Both the position numbers and the translations under genes were made by a program. Shown one piece after another: positions 15,978 to 26,122 of a DNA stretch of 64,000 nt (position 1 is the stretch's first letter; the number at the start of each line of letters is the position of its first letter). The notes under the pieces were generated by a model, which was not told the DNA's origin, did no database searches, and saw nothing but the letters and a program-made list of their open reading frames with translations. The stretch lies in IMG/VR virus record IMGVR_UViG_3300014913_000759, positions 1-64,000 of that record. One strand, given 5' to 3'. The stretch comes from a virus.

Positions 15978-16931
15978 TTATCTCACCACCTTATTATTTA
16001 GTTCCTCCTCTAACTCTACCAGTGATACCGTGGCTGTGCCCATTTTGCCAACCACAATCCCTGCAGCTACATTAGATATATAAGCTGCTTCTTTCATTGT
16101 ATATCCGGCCGATACAGCGAGTGTAAATGCTGCTATAACCGTATCGCCTGCACCTGATACATCAAAAACTTCCTTGGCTTCTGTATCAATATGATAGAAA
16201 TCACGGTGTTCGTGCAAATCCATACCGTGTTTGCCTCTGGTTATAAGAAGCTGTGGCAACTCGGCTTGTTCCATTATAATTTCTGCGGCATCTATGATAT
16301 TCTCTGAGCCCGAAGCGGCTACTGCCTCTCGATAGTTCGGTGTGATTATGTTTGCGCCTCTATATTTTGAATAATCCGTGCCGTTTGGATCGACGGCCAC
16401 AAATACGTTGGCTTCCTCTGCCTGCTCCATTATGGAATGAAAAACACCAGGAGTTACGACGCCTTTTCCATAGTCAGATATAATGACGGCGTCGAATCGG
16501 CCGATCTGACCTACCAAGCCTAAGAAATAACTCTCAATATCCTCAGTTAAATCATATGTCATCTCTCTATCAACACGGACTACCTGTTGGTCTCTAGACA
16601 CTATCCGAGCCTTGCGCGTTGTGACGCGGCCGGGATCTGTGACCAAACACTCATCAATATTTTCAGTTCTTTCCAACATACCCATGAGTTTCTTGGCATT
16701 TGTGTCATCACCAATCACGCCGGCCATCATAACTTTGGCCCCCAATGCTGCTAGATTGTTCACGACATTGCCTGCACCACCAAGGACAGAGTGCTCACCC
16801 TCCACCAGAACTACCGGTACCGGTGCTTCAGGAGACATCCTATCAATTCTACCGTAGACATACTCATCTATCATTACGTCGCCAACTACAAGAATATGCT
16901 GTCTATCGAAACTATTTACTTTTGTAATCAT
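15978..16931 (-). CDS. rfaE1: D-glycero-D-manno-heptose-7-phosphate kinase (HldE domain I)
   Basis: GDVMIDEY, RMSPEAPVPV, GGAGNV, SDYGKG, TPN, DVSGAGDT, VGKMGTATV. Confidence 0.94.
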   Translation of the reverse strand: MITKVNSFDRQHILVVGDVMIDEYVYGRIDRMSPEAPVPVVLVEGEHSVLGGAGNVVNNLAALGAKVMMAGVIGDDTNAKKLMGMLERTENIDECLVTDPGRVTTRKARIVSRDQQVVRVDREMTYDLTEDIESYFLGLVGQIGRFDAVIISDYGKGVVTPGVFHSIMEQAEEANVFVAVDPNGTDYSKYRGANIITPNYREAVAASGSENIIDAAEIIMEQAELPQLLITRGKHGMDLHEHRDFYHIDTEAKEVFDVSGAGDTVIAAFTLAVSAGYTMKEAAYISNVAAGIVVGKMGTATVSLVELEEELNNKVVR

Positions 16932-18831
16932 TTTTAGACGTAGCTCCTTTTATGCCCAACCAATCTTGGACTTCTCGAACACGATTATTTACTTTGTCTG
17001 CTGCTTTGCACATATCTAAGTCAACACCGTTATCGTCGCCCCAATGATAAAAAGCCTTAACATCTTTTGGAAAACAATTATGTGTTAGTATATTATTTGC
17101 CACATATTTACCACTTTCAGTCTCTATGGCGAAAACTGTTTTAGGTGTATTTATAATCTCTACAGACTTTACTTTTGTTGCCCAGCCCGTCGGCATGATT
17201 TTACAGTTGGGCGAATCATAAAAAGTATCTGTCTTATACCTACAAACATCAAAATTTAGTCTGTTGGTCCAAGAACACACACGCTCGACTGCCGCACGTG
17301 TAGAAATCCTGATGCTCTTGCCGTTCCTGCTAATATTAGGATTTATACCGTTGGCCAACAGTATACTATCCATTTTCATTATCAAATCGGTGCTTTCTGA
17401 ATGGCATTCTATCGTCCCATCACAGTAACTACCATCGCCGTCGAGCCAACCACCAATTATATTCCTCGTTAGATGTTCACTTAGGGCTGTATATTTTATA
17501 TTTTTGTCATGTGCATTATGGCCCAAATTTAACCTTTCAAACAATCTATACAGCCACATGGATCGTACACGCACAATCCAACAAACAGACCTACCAAAAG
17601 TGCCGTCAGTTGCTTGCAGACGTTTGTAAGGATTCAATCCATATTTAGACAAAGTATTACACACCTCATTGGCTAAGTGTTCCTCATGCTTTCCAAAACT
17701 GAAATAAACCTCTTCTTTTTTATTATATATATTTGAACAGCCCTCAGCTAAATACAAACCAATAACTCGGCATATAGGCTCATCTAAACCTACATATTCA
17801 TGCCATACTTTAACATAACCGTTGGGCCTTTTGCCCATAGCAATTTCTACCGAACCAAGTGTATTTTTTTCTGATGGAACATACAACCAACTATCATCTG
17901 TTATCTCGCACAATTTTTTTTCTTCAACATCTACGAAATCTTTAGTAATCATGTGTATGTGATCTTCTGACCCTTCCAACATTCTTCCGTTGCTCACAAT
18001 CTTTATTGTTCTATCCACCAGTCTAGATGATAAACCAGTTACTCTGGTATAGCTTGTCCCATCAAACACCAGCATACCTGGCGAAACGTCTTCAATATTC
18101 ACAAACTCATGTGTGTTTGTTATGAGCTTCGTTCCTGCCACCAAACACTTGCCCCCATAACCTCGATGGCCATCGTGGCCCGGCACATCTGCGTGGCTGT
18201 TTCCAATACGTTGATCGGAAAGAAACATCTTCTTCATATCATCATAAGGAACATTGATTTTCTCACACACATCATATATCTCGTTTAAGAAGGACACCTT
18301 TACAGCAAAGAAACAATTACACATATATTTAACCGCCTCAGCGCCTTCCCAAGTAGTATGATAAATAGGTGTGTGAACAAACCGAACCCTAAAAAGCTCT
18401 TCCAATATCTCCGTCACGCCGCGATCGCCGCCGAATATAAAACGTGCTGAGTTTATGAAGTCCAATTTGGCCTGACGTTCCGTCAGAAACTCTGGCATAA
18501 AAACAAAATCGTGGTCATCATATTTTTCAGCATACCTTCTGGTCGTTCCTGGGATAGCTGTGCTTCTTAAAACAATAATCTTACGTTCTTTTGCCACACG
18601 AACTATACTTTCTACGGCATCATCCATACTAGAAAGGTCTTGGCTGCCATCATCATTCATGGGTGTAGGAACACCCACAAAGATATAAGGTGTAGAATTT
18701 ACTGTGTCACCTAAAGAATCATATGAATTATCATACTTGTCGTAAATCTTAACGTTAGCATGTAGATAGAAGCCGTGAGTCATTGCTCTACCTAAAAATC
18801 CAAACCCAATTATACCAATAGTTGGTTTCAT
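16912..18831 (-). CDS. UDP-glucose/GDP-mannose 6-dehydrogenase (short phage type), intein-interrupted
   Basis: GFGFLG, GVPTP, RST..PGT, PEFL, KY..N.F.A.K.SF.NE, D.RIG, GYGGK|C-FPKD. Confidence 0.92.
   Translation of the reverse strand: MKPTIGIIGFGFLGRAMTHGFYLHANVKIYDKYDNSYDSLGDTVNSTPYIFVGVPTPMNDDGSQDLSSMDDAVESIVRVAKERKIIVLRSTAIPGTTRRYAEKYDDHDFVFMPEFLTERQAKLDFINSARFIFGGDRGVTEILEELFRVRFVHTPIYHTTWEGAEAVKYMCNCFFAVKVSFLNEIYDVCEKINVPYDDMKKMFLSDQRIGNSHADVPGHDGHRGYGGKCLVAGTKLITNTHEFVNIEDVSPGMLVFDGTSYTRVTGLSSRLVDRTIKIVSNGRMLEGSEDHIHMITKDFVDVEEKKLCEITDDSWLYVPSEKNTLGSVEIAMGKRPNGYVKVWHEYVGLDEPICRVIGLYLAEGCSNIYNKKEEVYFSFGKHEEHLANEVCNTLSKYGLNPYKRLQATDGTFGRSVCWIVRVRSMWLYRLFERLNLGHNAHDKNIKYTALSEHLTRNIIGGWLDGDGSYCDGTIECHSESTDLIMKMDSILLANGINPNISRNGKSIRISTRAAVERVCSWTNRLNFDVCRYKTDTFYDSPNCKIMPTGWATKVKSVEIINTPKTVFAIETESGKYVANNILTHNCFPKDVKAFYHWGDDNGVDLDMCKAADKVNNRVREVQDWLGIKGATSKNDYKSK
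17077..18147 (-). mobile_element. Intein (357 aa) with LAGLIDADG endonuclease, inserted at the catalytic Cys of the dehydrogenase
   Basis: Block A CLVAGTKL; block B SEDH; GLYLAEG and GWLDGDG; YVANNILTHN|C. Confidence 0.95.
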
Positions 18832-18832
18832 A

Positions 18833-19804
18833 CTATAATTCCTCCATATACCACTTTATAGTTCTCTCTATGCCCTCTTCAATGGAAACTTTATTTTGCC
18901 AACCAAGTAAATTACGTGCCTTAGATGTGTCAGAAAAGTTTCTCTTTACATCACCCGGCCTTTCGTTTCCATACTTTACCTTTATGTTTTTTATGTCGTA
19001 TTTAGACAGGCCCTTTATAATCAAATCTGTTATTTTTTGTACACTAGTTTCTACATTCGTAGCAACTTGGAATATATTGCCGCCAACAGGCATATCTACA
19101 GCAAGCTGGATAGCGTCTATAAGATCGTCCACATAACAAAAATCACGCGTTTGCGAGCCGTCTCCATAAATCTCTAAAGTTTCTCCAGATACGGCCGCTT
19201 GTATAAATTTTGATATAAGCTGTGCGTATTTATTTTCTGACATAGGCCCATAAACATTACTGAACCTCAATGCCACAGTATCTACCCCATACGTTTCGTT
19301 GTATACATAACAATATTTTTCTCCAGAACATTTGCTTGCGCCGTATGGCGATATAGGTTTTGTAAAAAGCTTCTCGTGATATGGCGGTTCGTGGTCGCCT
19401 GGAACAGCGCTGCTGGACGCAAATATAAACTTCTTAACACCAGCATGTCTCGCACCTTCTAAATAGTTCAGCGTTCCGAAAACATTATTTAAGCAATCTT
19501 CCACAGGAAACTCCACAGACACAGGCACACCAGTGTTGGCAGCAAGATGTACTATCACATCTACATCCTGACAAATTTCTTTAGCAAAGTCCGCATCTAC
19601 TATGTCATCTATAAATAGGTGTACGTGTCCGTGTTCTACGTGGCAGCGTGGAGGCATGCCAAAACTGCAAACACGGGCCAACTTTTCCGTTGAGCCGGAC
19701 TTCAAATTATCAATGATCCTTACATAGTGATCACCCTCCTTAACCAGTCGTGCTACTAAATTTGTTCCTATGAATCCGCAGCCGCCCGTAATCAACCAAT
19801 TCAT
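18833..19804 (-). CDS. NAD-dependent nucleotide-sugar epimerase/dehydratase (GalE/WbpP-like)
   Basis: TGGCGFIG, ASSSA, YGASK, RFSNVYGP, GDGSQTRDF. Confidence 0.93.
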   Translation of the reverse strand: MNWLITGGCGFIGTNLVARLVKEGDHYVRIIDNLKSGSTEKLARVCSFGMPPRCHVEHGHVHLFIDDIVDADFAKEICQDVDVIVHLAANTGVPVSVEFPVEDCLNNVFGTLNYLEGARHAGVKKFIFASSSAVPGDHEPPYHEKLFTKPISPYGASKCSGEKYCYVYNETYGVDTVALRFSNVYGPMSENKYAQLISKFIQAAVSGETLEIYGDGSQTRDFCYVDDLIDAIQLAVDMPVGGNIFQVATNVETSVQKITDLIIKGLSKYDIKNIKVKYGNERPGDVKRNFSDTSKARNLLGWQNKVSIEEGIERTIKWYMEEL

Positions 19805-19807
19805 AAA

Positions 19808-21019
19808 CTACCTCCTAGGTTTTTTAGAGCCCTTTCTATCGACCTTCTTTCCTTTATCCCACATGGATGTGGCAATAATTTTGTCTCTGTCACATCTATC
19901 TACATACTTCTGCGCTATTTCCATCGCCTCAACCAACAAACCATCATCCAACGTTATTGGATTCAACCCCAGATCTAAAAAACTGTCGTTGACAAAAGCA
20001 AGGTCGTTTTTTGGTGCCTCGTTTCTTGGGTTCGCATAGTATCGAATCTCGGCGTCGGTGAGTTCGCAAATCTTGTTGGCCAGCACCAATATATTATGGC
20101 ATTCTGTCGTCTGATTGAAAATTTTGACACGCTCACCTCTCTCGGGAGGGTTTTCTATTGCCAACTTAACACAATTAACGGAGTCCTTCATGTGAATAAA
20201 AGCTCTTGTTTGACCACCCTGGCCATATACAGTTAATGGATGTCCCACGACTGCCTGCATAAGAAAACGATTAAGAACAGTACCATAGTCACCGTCATAA
20301 TCAAACCTATTGATCAGCCGCTCGTCCATCATGGTTTCGTCTGTAGCTGTTCCCCAAACAATGCCTTGGTGTAGGTCGGTGACTCTAACCTGGTCATTCT
20401 TATTATAATACAAAAACGCCAAAGCATCCATAGTCTTTGTCAGGTGGTATACGCTGCCGGGACTGGCTGGATACATGATTTCCAGCTCTTTTTCACCTTC
20501 GTCGGTATCCACTTTAACGGTTAGATATCCTTCTGGTATGGCCATCCCTGCTGTACCATAACCGTACACGCCCGTCGTACCTAGATGAACTAGATGTATA
20601 TCTTGACCAGATTCCACAATAGCACAAAGAATATTGTGTGTGGCATTGATATTATTGTTAACCGTATACCGCTTGTGATAAGAGGACTTCATGGAATACG
20701 GTGCTGCGCGCTGCTCGGCATAGTGTACAACCGCTTTAGGCTTGATACTATCAAGCAGAGACAACACCCGATGATAATGCAGAGACGTATCTATACACAC
20801 GTGTTTGATAGTTCTACCGGTAAGTTCGTTCCAAGCCTTTATTCGGACACCAAGCGGTGCTATTGGCGTTAGAGACTCACACTCTAACTCGATGTCTGTT
20901 TTTCTCCGAACCAAACTATCTACTATTGTGACATTATAGCCAGCATTTGATAAACGCAAACTCAAAGGCCAACCACAAAAACCATCCCCTCCAAAAACTA
21001 TAATGTCTTTTTTACACAT
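19808..21019 (-). CDS. sqdB: UDP-sulfoquinovose synthase
   Basis: GGDGFCGWP, HYAEQRAAPYSMKS, HLVHLGTTGVYGY, IPEGYL, PGSVYHLTK, TDLHQGIVWG, RFDYDGDYGTVLNRF. Confidence 0.93.
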   Translation of the reverse strand: MCKKDIIVFGGDGFCGWPLSLRLSNAGYNVTIVDSLVRRKTDIELECESLTPIAPLGVRIKAWNELTGRTIKHVCIDTSLHYHRVLSLLDSIKPKAVVHYAEQRAAPYSMKSSYHKRYTVNNNINATHNILCAIVESGQDIHLVHLGTTGVYGYGTAGMAIPEGYLTVKVDTDEGEKELEIMYPASPGSVYHLTKTMDALAFLYYNKNDQVRVTDLHQGIVWGTATDETMMDERLINRFDYDGDYGTVLNRFLMQAVVGHPLTVYGQGGQTRAFIHMKDSVNCVKLAIENPPERGERVKIFNQTTECHNILVLANKICELTDAEIRYYANPRNEAPKNDLAFVNDSFLDLGLNPITLDDGLLVEAMEIAQKYVDRCDRDKIIATSMWDKGKKVDRKGSKKPRR

Positions 21020-21671
21020 TCTTATAACCTCCCTTTCGGTAACCTTTTTCTTCGCCAACATGTACGTAATGTTGCGCATCGTGACCAAGGACAAATTTTT
21101 TCAGGCCTAGTTTTTTCGATGCCGGTGTTAGTACCTTAGCTTCGTGCAGTGGCCTGTCCCAACCTATAGTATCTACAAGCTGCCTCACCAGTGAGGTATT
21201 AAATATACCAGTTGCTACCGAAAATAGATTAGATTCTGTAAGCCTAATACCATCAATCTCTGTCTTTCTTGGTTTATTGACAGGATTAATCGGACCCCTA
21301 CTCATCATTATTTCTACAATATTGTCATTGTTGCTTAAAATATCAAATAACGGGTCGATACCCACATTCTCTATAAATCTATTATCATCTTCTAAATGAA
21401 AAAAATAGTCCGACCTACACAAAGAGACCACGGGGCCAAAGAAGCATCCCGGTCCCATCCTGCTTTCACTGAAGATTATCTCGTCGAACCAATCTTTATG
21501 ATTTTCAATCCATTTCTTTCCCGCTACCTGACGTTTATCGTTATCTACTTTGTCCTCTAGAATAACATACCTAAAATTATGCCGGCTCTCTATCCTATCC
21601 ATGAAAGTATTAATAGAAACTTCAAGTATGTCCGGACGTGCGCAGCTATTTATTAGAACATCGATGTCCAT
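21012..21671 (-). CDS. GT-A fold glycosyltransferase (GT2-like)
   Basis: SCARPDIL, YFFHLEDD, YVHVG. Confidence 0.75.
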   Translation of the reverse strand: MDIDVLINSCARPDILEVSINTFMDRIESRHNFRYVILEDKVDNDKRQVAGKKWIENHKDWFDEIIFSESRMGPGCFFGPVVSLCRSDYFFHLEDDNRFIENVGIDPLFDILSNNDNIVEIMMSRGPINPVNKPRKTEIDGIRLTESNLFSVATGIFNTSLVRQLVDTIGWDRPLHEAKVLTPASKKLGLKKFVLGHDAQHYVHVGEEKGYRKGGYKNV

Positions 21672-22324
21672 TCATTACGCTCCTTTTTCAGCTTTACGTC
21701 TGTCATGCCATGGAAATGGAAGACTCTCGGTGTGATATTGTTATATTTTTTTGTTCTAATATTAAACTCTGGAGGTAGTGTATGAATCTGTAGTTCGGAG
21801 CACTGCCAAAGCGACACCCTAAAAGATGGTTGATCTTTGACAATACCTGTAAGTTTATACCAGTTGGCAAAATTTTTGTGCCAAATATCAAAAAATTTCT
21901 TCACTGAGTGGGACTTCCTAAACAATATAACGCCACCAGCATACTCAGGAAACCCATCAGGTATGTTTGCGTAGTCTGGGTAAGGTTTACTCTTTTTAGG
22001 ATCTTTTCTAATTAGATCTTGTGTTGCTGCAATGTCAAACCTATCCATTAGACCAAACAAACACTCGATGTCACCAACCACACCTGTATCACTATCCATG
22101 TAAAGCGTGTTTTCGTAAGGTGACTCCCACAAATACTCCTGTTTAAGTCTGGTGCTATGTGTAGAAATTATTTTTACATTATCAATCTGGTCCAAAGAAG
22201 GATCTTTGTCCGTAAAAAGAGTTATATGTAAATTTGGGTTTGTCAGCCTGATTGTTTTGACTGAATATCTTAATTCTTTTATACATTTATTACCAAACGC
22301 TATATACACAATACCATTCTCCAT
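21653..22324 (-). CDS. GT-A fold glycosyltransferase (GT8-like)
   Basis: TLYMDSDT, GGVILF, DQPSFR, LPPEFN, FHFH. Confidence 0.8.
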   Translation of the reverse strand: MENGIVYIAFGNKCIKELRYSVKTIRLTNPNLHITLFTDKDPSLDQIDNVKIISTHSTRLKQEYLWESPYENTLYMDSDTGVVGDIECLFGLMDRFDIAATQDLIRKDPKKSKPYPDYANIPDGFPEYAGGVILFRKSHSVKKFFDIWHKNFANWYKLTGIVKDQPSFRVSLWQCSELQIHTLPPEFNIRTKKYNNITPRVFHFHGMTDVKLKKERNEWTSMF

Positions 22325-22325
22325 A

Positions 22326-22931
22326 TTATTTCTCCGCTATAATCCAAACCGACACTAGATTTTTTCCATCACAGGCCACTGCCTTCTTCTCTAAAGAGGA
22401 CCCAGGCACAACTTTTGCGCCTCCCCTACCATGTAATACGTCTAAAACAAAATTAATGTCTCCGGTGCCCCCATATTTATGTATCTTTGAAAAGTTTTCA
22501 CACAAAACTTTTAGACCGTCAGGAGTAAACCTCCAATAGTCCTGCGGGACTCCGTGCATGTAAAATATAAGAGCCGAAGTAAGAACCGCTATGCCACCTG
22601 GTCTTAAAACACGTCTGACCTCTTCGACACCTACCCATGGTTTTCTTACGTGCTCCAACACCTGGTCGGCCATTACATAATCAAAGCTATTATCGTCATA
22701 AGGCATTTTTTGTATATCAACTTCTGGATATGTGGGTGCTACAATTTTGCAGCCCTTTGGCAACATATCTATGAGAGCAGTGTTCTTTATTTTTATAGTA
22801 TCGTCGCCCTTGCCTTTTATAGAATCGCCGACTAATAAGCATCTGCCTACTGACAACTTGTTGGTTTTAAAAAACTTTTCTATGTCTGTATACATAGCGT
22901 ATCGTGAAAATTTATATCTTCTACTTGGCAT
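22326..22931 (-). CDS. Class I SAM methyltransferase (type 11)
   Basis: DIQKMPYDDNSFD, VLEHV, RVLRPGG, DYWRFT. Confidence 0.88.
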   Translation of the reverse strand: MPSRRYKFSRYAMYTDIEKFFKTNKLSVGRCLLVGDSIKGKGDDTIKIKNTALIDMLPKGCKIVAPTYPEVDIQKMPYDDNSFDYVMADQVLEHVRKPWVGVEEVRRVLRPGGIAVLTSALIFYMHGVPQDYWRFTPDGLKVLCENFSKIHKYGGTGDINFVLDVLHGRGGAKVVPGSSLEKKAVACDGKNLVSVWIIAEK

Positions 22932-23490
22932 TTTTATCTCCCCTCAGCACACACCATTTAAGAGCGCACCAAGGTTTTGTAGGGATTTTTATCTGTGAAG
23001 CAACAACATCGTGCTCGCTCTTCGGTAAGTTTATTTTTTTGTAATGCCACTCTATCCAAAGCTCATCCACATAAGCAAAAGATCCGTCGGTAAACATCTT
23101 AGGCAACACACTATACTCTGCGCCCTCTATGTCCATCTTCAGGATTATATAATCGTCTTTGGATAAATTATCTTTGACCCATTTAGAAAAATCTATAGCA
23201 GTTACTTTGGCTGGATGGTCTTTGTCCAACATTCCAGTACGCTTAGACTTGACTAGTGTTCCGCCATCTCTAAGAGCTGCTGAGCTTTTATAAAAACTAA
23301 GTTCGCCATCTTCAACCCAAACCGCACAATTAATAAACACCTGCTTATCTAAATCGCCAAAGTATTTGGAAAAATATGGATCAGCCTCGAAACTGTATAT
23401 AAAATATTCTGATTCTTTGTCGTACTCTTTTCTAAAATGTCTGGCCGAGCATCCATCGTGTGCTCCAGCATCCAAAAATACTTTAGCCAT
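22921..23490 (-). CDS. FkbM-family methyltransferase
   Basis: FLDAGAHDG, SFEA, LKMDIEGAEY, IEWH. Confidence 0.9.
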   Translation of the reverse strand: MAKVFLDAGAHDGCSARHFRKEYDKESEYFIYSFEADPYFSKYFGDLDKQVFINCAVWVEDGELSFYKSSAALRDGGTLVKSKRTGMLDKDHPAKVTAIDFSKWVKDNLSKDDYIILKMDIEGAEYSVLPKMFTDGSFAYVDELWIEWHYKKINLPKSEHDVVASQIKIPTKPWCALKWCVLRGDKNAK

Positions 23491-24199
23491 TTAATATTTC
23501 CTTGCCTTTCTTAAGATAGTATTGAAACTCGCTCTGAAACTTTTCATTATCGAAATGGTTCGCTTTACAATGCCACATAACTGAATCATCAGCAAACATA
23601 TTCGGGTTGTTTCTATCTCCAAGATCGTTAAACTTAAGGTGCATTGGTACTAACTCTACGTTTTTAGAGTGTTTCTTATAGGCGCTCCACATGGCCACCT
23701 GGCCCTGGCCCCAAACAGGGTTAGCTTCGCAGCCTTTATACCAGTCATCAACAAAATCATATGTTTCCGGAGAACAGCCAAGATTAAATACCCCTGCATT
23801 TACTGCAGCATCAAACTGGTTTGCGTAGTTCGTTTGCCTGACTAGAATCTTTAGTTGTTTCGAACCGACTTCTAGAAACTCCGATAGGTTTTTGCGAACT
23901 AAAACGTCTGTATCTATCCAAGCCACAGACTCCCCATACGATTCTAAACAGTCTCTTAATATGGCTACTCTAAACATTATTAGCGCAAAACCTCGTTTAT
24001 CACCAGGGGTTTGTTCTAGTTCCCAGCTTTCAAAAATACAATTATCAAAAGATGTCTGTAGTTTTTCCCACAAACTATCAGGGTAATTTGCTAGAAAAAC
24101 CCTTATCGTGTGCTCTGGTGAATTTATCTTCAGGGAGGTTATGAAAGCCAGAAGCTGTTCGAAATAAAATTCATCTGGTGTAGAATTTGTTATAATCAT
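23483..24199 (-). CDS. Nucleotide-diphospho-sugar transferase (GT-A)
   Basis: WIDTD, NAGV, GQ, FND, WHCK; start set by GGAGG and an ATGA overlap. Confidence 0.75.
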   Translation of the reverse strand: MIITNSTPDEFYFEQLLAFITSLKINSPEHTIRVFLANYPDSLWEKLQTSFDNCIFESWELEQTPGDKRGFALIMFRVAILRDCLESYGESVAWIDTDVLVRKNLSEFLEVGSKQLKILVRQTNYANQFDAAVNAGVFNLGCSPETYDFVDDWYKGCEANPVWGQGQVAMWSAYKKHSKNVELVPMHLKFNDLGDRNNPNMFADDSVMWHCKANHFDNEKFQSEFQYYLKKGKEILNG

Positions 24200-25140
24200 A
24201 GTGCCTCCAGATGGCCAACCAGACGTTTCATGTTGTCCTCTCGACTGCCAATCTCTGTCTTTAAACATTTCCTCATAGCCGGTATCAAATTCCAACTCGG
24301 ATTCTTTATCTTTTGTGCCGCATGTTCTATATCTCCGAACTTATAAATCATCGCCGTCTCATTGTTGAACGCATAATCTAAAATCATGCCGTTCAATTGG
24401 TGATCACTACAGACCACCAAACAACCGCATAGAGCTGCCTCCATAGGAGGATTATGTAGACCCTCACTATCCGTAGGCGCGAACCATATATGACAGCGAC
24501 TATAGAGCTGATTTAGCTGCTCCACATTCGCATTCTCAACAAACTCTGTTAGAAAACTCGTGTCGGCCGGCGTTGAATTGCCCATACCCACATATTCATA
24601 GTCGTCGCGGCCTAAAATTTTTGAAAGTTCTACAAAATCTTTCCATCTTTTTCTAGGTTGTGCGGTATGTAAACAACCAATCCTTATCTTCTTATCTCTT
24701 CTAAGTTTCCTGTCTTGCCACCAATCAAAATCCAGGCCTTGGTAAACTACTACAGAATCTGCATGAAATTCTTCTTTCAGTTTATGCTGCAATCCTTTAG
24801 CATTTACGATGTTTAGCATACGTGGATCTCTATAGAGATAACCCAGGTCTTGATCAGACATTGACCAGTTCTCGTGTGCTCTAATATACCAGGCCCTCTT
24901 TGGTACCGGTATCTGCAGTGTCTGTGCTGCGTCCGAGCACGCTACAGCGATCAGTGCTTCGGTGTCCTCATAAATACCATTGACAACCGGCCTGTGCTCA
25001 AACCAATTGAAATTGTCTATGCTGGCAGCTATCTCACAATCGTGGCCCAAAGAACGTAAAACCTCTACACTCTTGAGAATGGTCCTCGAGCCGCCGTTAT
25101 TTCCTAGACCGCTTACTAAGCTGTTGAACATTAATTTCAT
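24196..25140 (-). CDS. GT-B glycosyltransferase (GT4-like)
   Basis: GGSR, RK, LY..CHIW.APT.SEGLHNPPMEAALCG. Confidence 0.88.
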   Translation of the reverse strand: MKLMFNSLVSGLGNNGGSRTILKSVEVLRSLGHDCEIAASIDNFNWFEHRPVVNGIYEDTEALIAVACSDAAQTLQIPVPKRAWYIRAHENWSMSDQDLGYLYRDPRMLNIVNAKGLQHKLKEEFHADSVVVYQGLDFDWWQDRKLRRDKKIRIGCLHTAQPRKRWKDFVELSKILGRDDYEYVGMGNSTPADTSFLTEFVENANVEQLNQLYSRCHIWFAPTDSEGLHNPPMEAALCGCLVVCSDHQLNGMILDYAFNNETAMIYKFGDIEHAAQKIKNPSWNLIPAMRKCLKTEIGSREDNMKRLVGHLEAL

Positions 25141-26122
25141 CTACTTTATCCCTTATAAACTTTGCCGCGTGTTTTAGCGACAGATGATTTTCGTAATATT
25201 TTCTAGGCTCGTACATGTCTAAATTCTCTAGTACAAACCGAACCTTGTCCCAAAAATTTTCTTCTGTTGCTAACTCGCCAGTGGAAAATGGAGACGAAGA
25301 ATCTACTGGGCTGACAATATATTTACTGCGCCAAAACTTTACACGGCTCAATGCTACCACTGGAACATTGCATGCCAACATTTCCGGTATAACCCTTGGG
25401 CAAGAGTCTATTTCAGCTCTAGACGCCATTATACCAACTTTACATTTGGCAATGTTTTCTGCCATTTTTGGCCTTAGTACCCTATAAGAAGTAACATTAT
25501 CAGGGTACTTAAATTTCTTAGGGTTGTTGCCTAAATTCAAAAGTTTGATGTCCTTTGGAACAGTCGGGTATACAAAATCGTGGCCTTTAAAGTGTTGTGC
25601 GCCGTTGGCCGGAAAACACACGTCATATTCCTTTTCGACTTCTGACATCGGATAAAAGATATTGTCTGCTGCCGGCTTTATAAACAAAGTTGTTAGTGGT
25701 TTTGGAAACTTTTCTTTACAAATTTCTACCTGTTCGTGTGAATCCTGTAATATTATATCGTAATCGAAATACCCGGGTTGAGGCAAAAATCTTCTGCCGG
25801 CACCGTAATAAATCTTAATGGCAAATGGAAATCTATGCAGCACCTCATGGTACTCAGGAAATCCTCCTCGGCAAAATATAACATCTGGGCAAAAATTTGG
25901 TTGGTAGGTGGTAAAAGATGGTACCCACCTTTCCACAAAGTTGTGTGCGAACCTATGTTCTCTATCGCCTCCCCAATACCACAACTCACACTTATCTTCT
26001 TCGTTTGCCATAGAATAAAATAAATGAGTCCACATGTCATCACATTCTTCAAGCCTATCAAATACGATTTCCTGTGGATTTCTATCCCTCGGTACTTCCC
26101 CTCGGAGCATCAATAGGTTCAT
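25097..26122 (-). CDS. GT-B glycosyltransferase
   Basis: FYP...KEYDVCF, KG, DSCPRVIPEMLACNVPVV. Confidence 0.8.
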   Translation of the reverse strand: MNLLMLRGEVPRDRNPQEIVFDRLEECDDMWTHLFYSMANEEDKCELWYWGGDREHRFAHNFVERWVPSFTTYQPNFCPDVIFCRGGFPEYHEVLHRFPFAIKIYYGAGRRFLPQPGYFDYDIILQDSHEQVEICKEKFPKPLTTLFIKPAADNIFYPMSEVEKEYDVCFPANGAQHFKGHDFVYPTVPKDIKLLNLGNNPKKFKYPDNVTSYRVLRPKMAENIAKCKVGIMASRAEIDSCPRVIPEMLACNVPVVALSRVKFWRSKYIVSPVDSSSPFSTGELATEENFWDKVRFVLENLDMYEPRKYYENHLSLKHAAKFIRDKVDEINVQQLSKRSRK

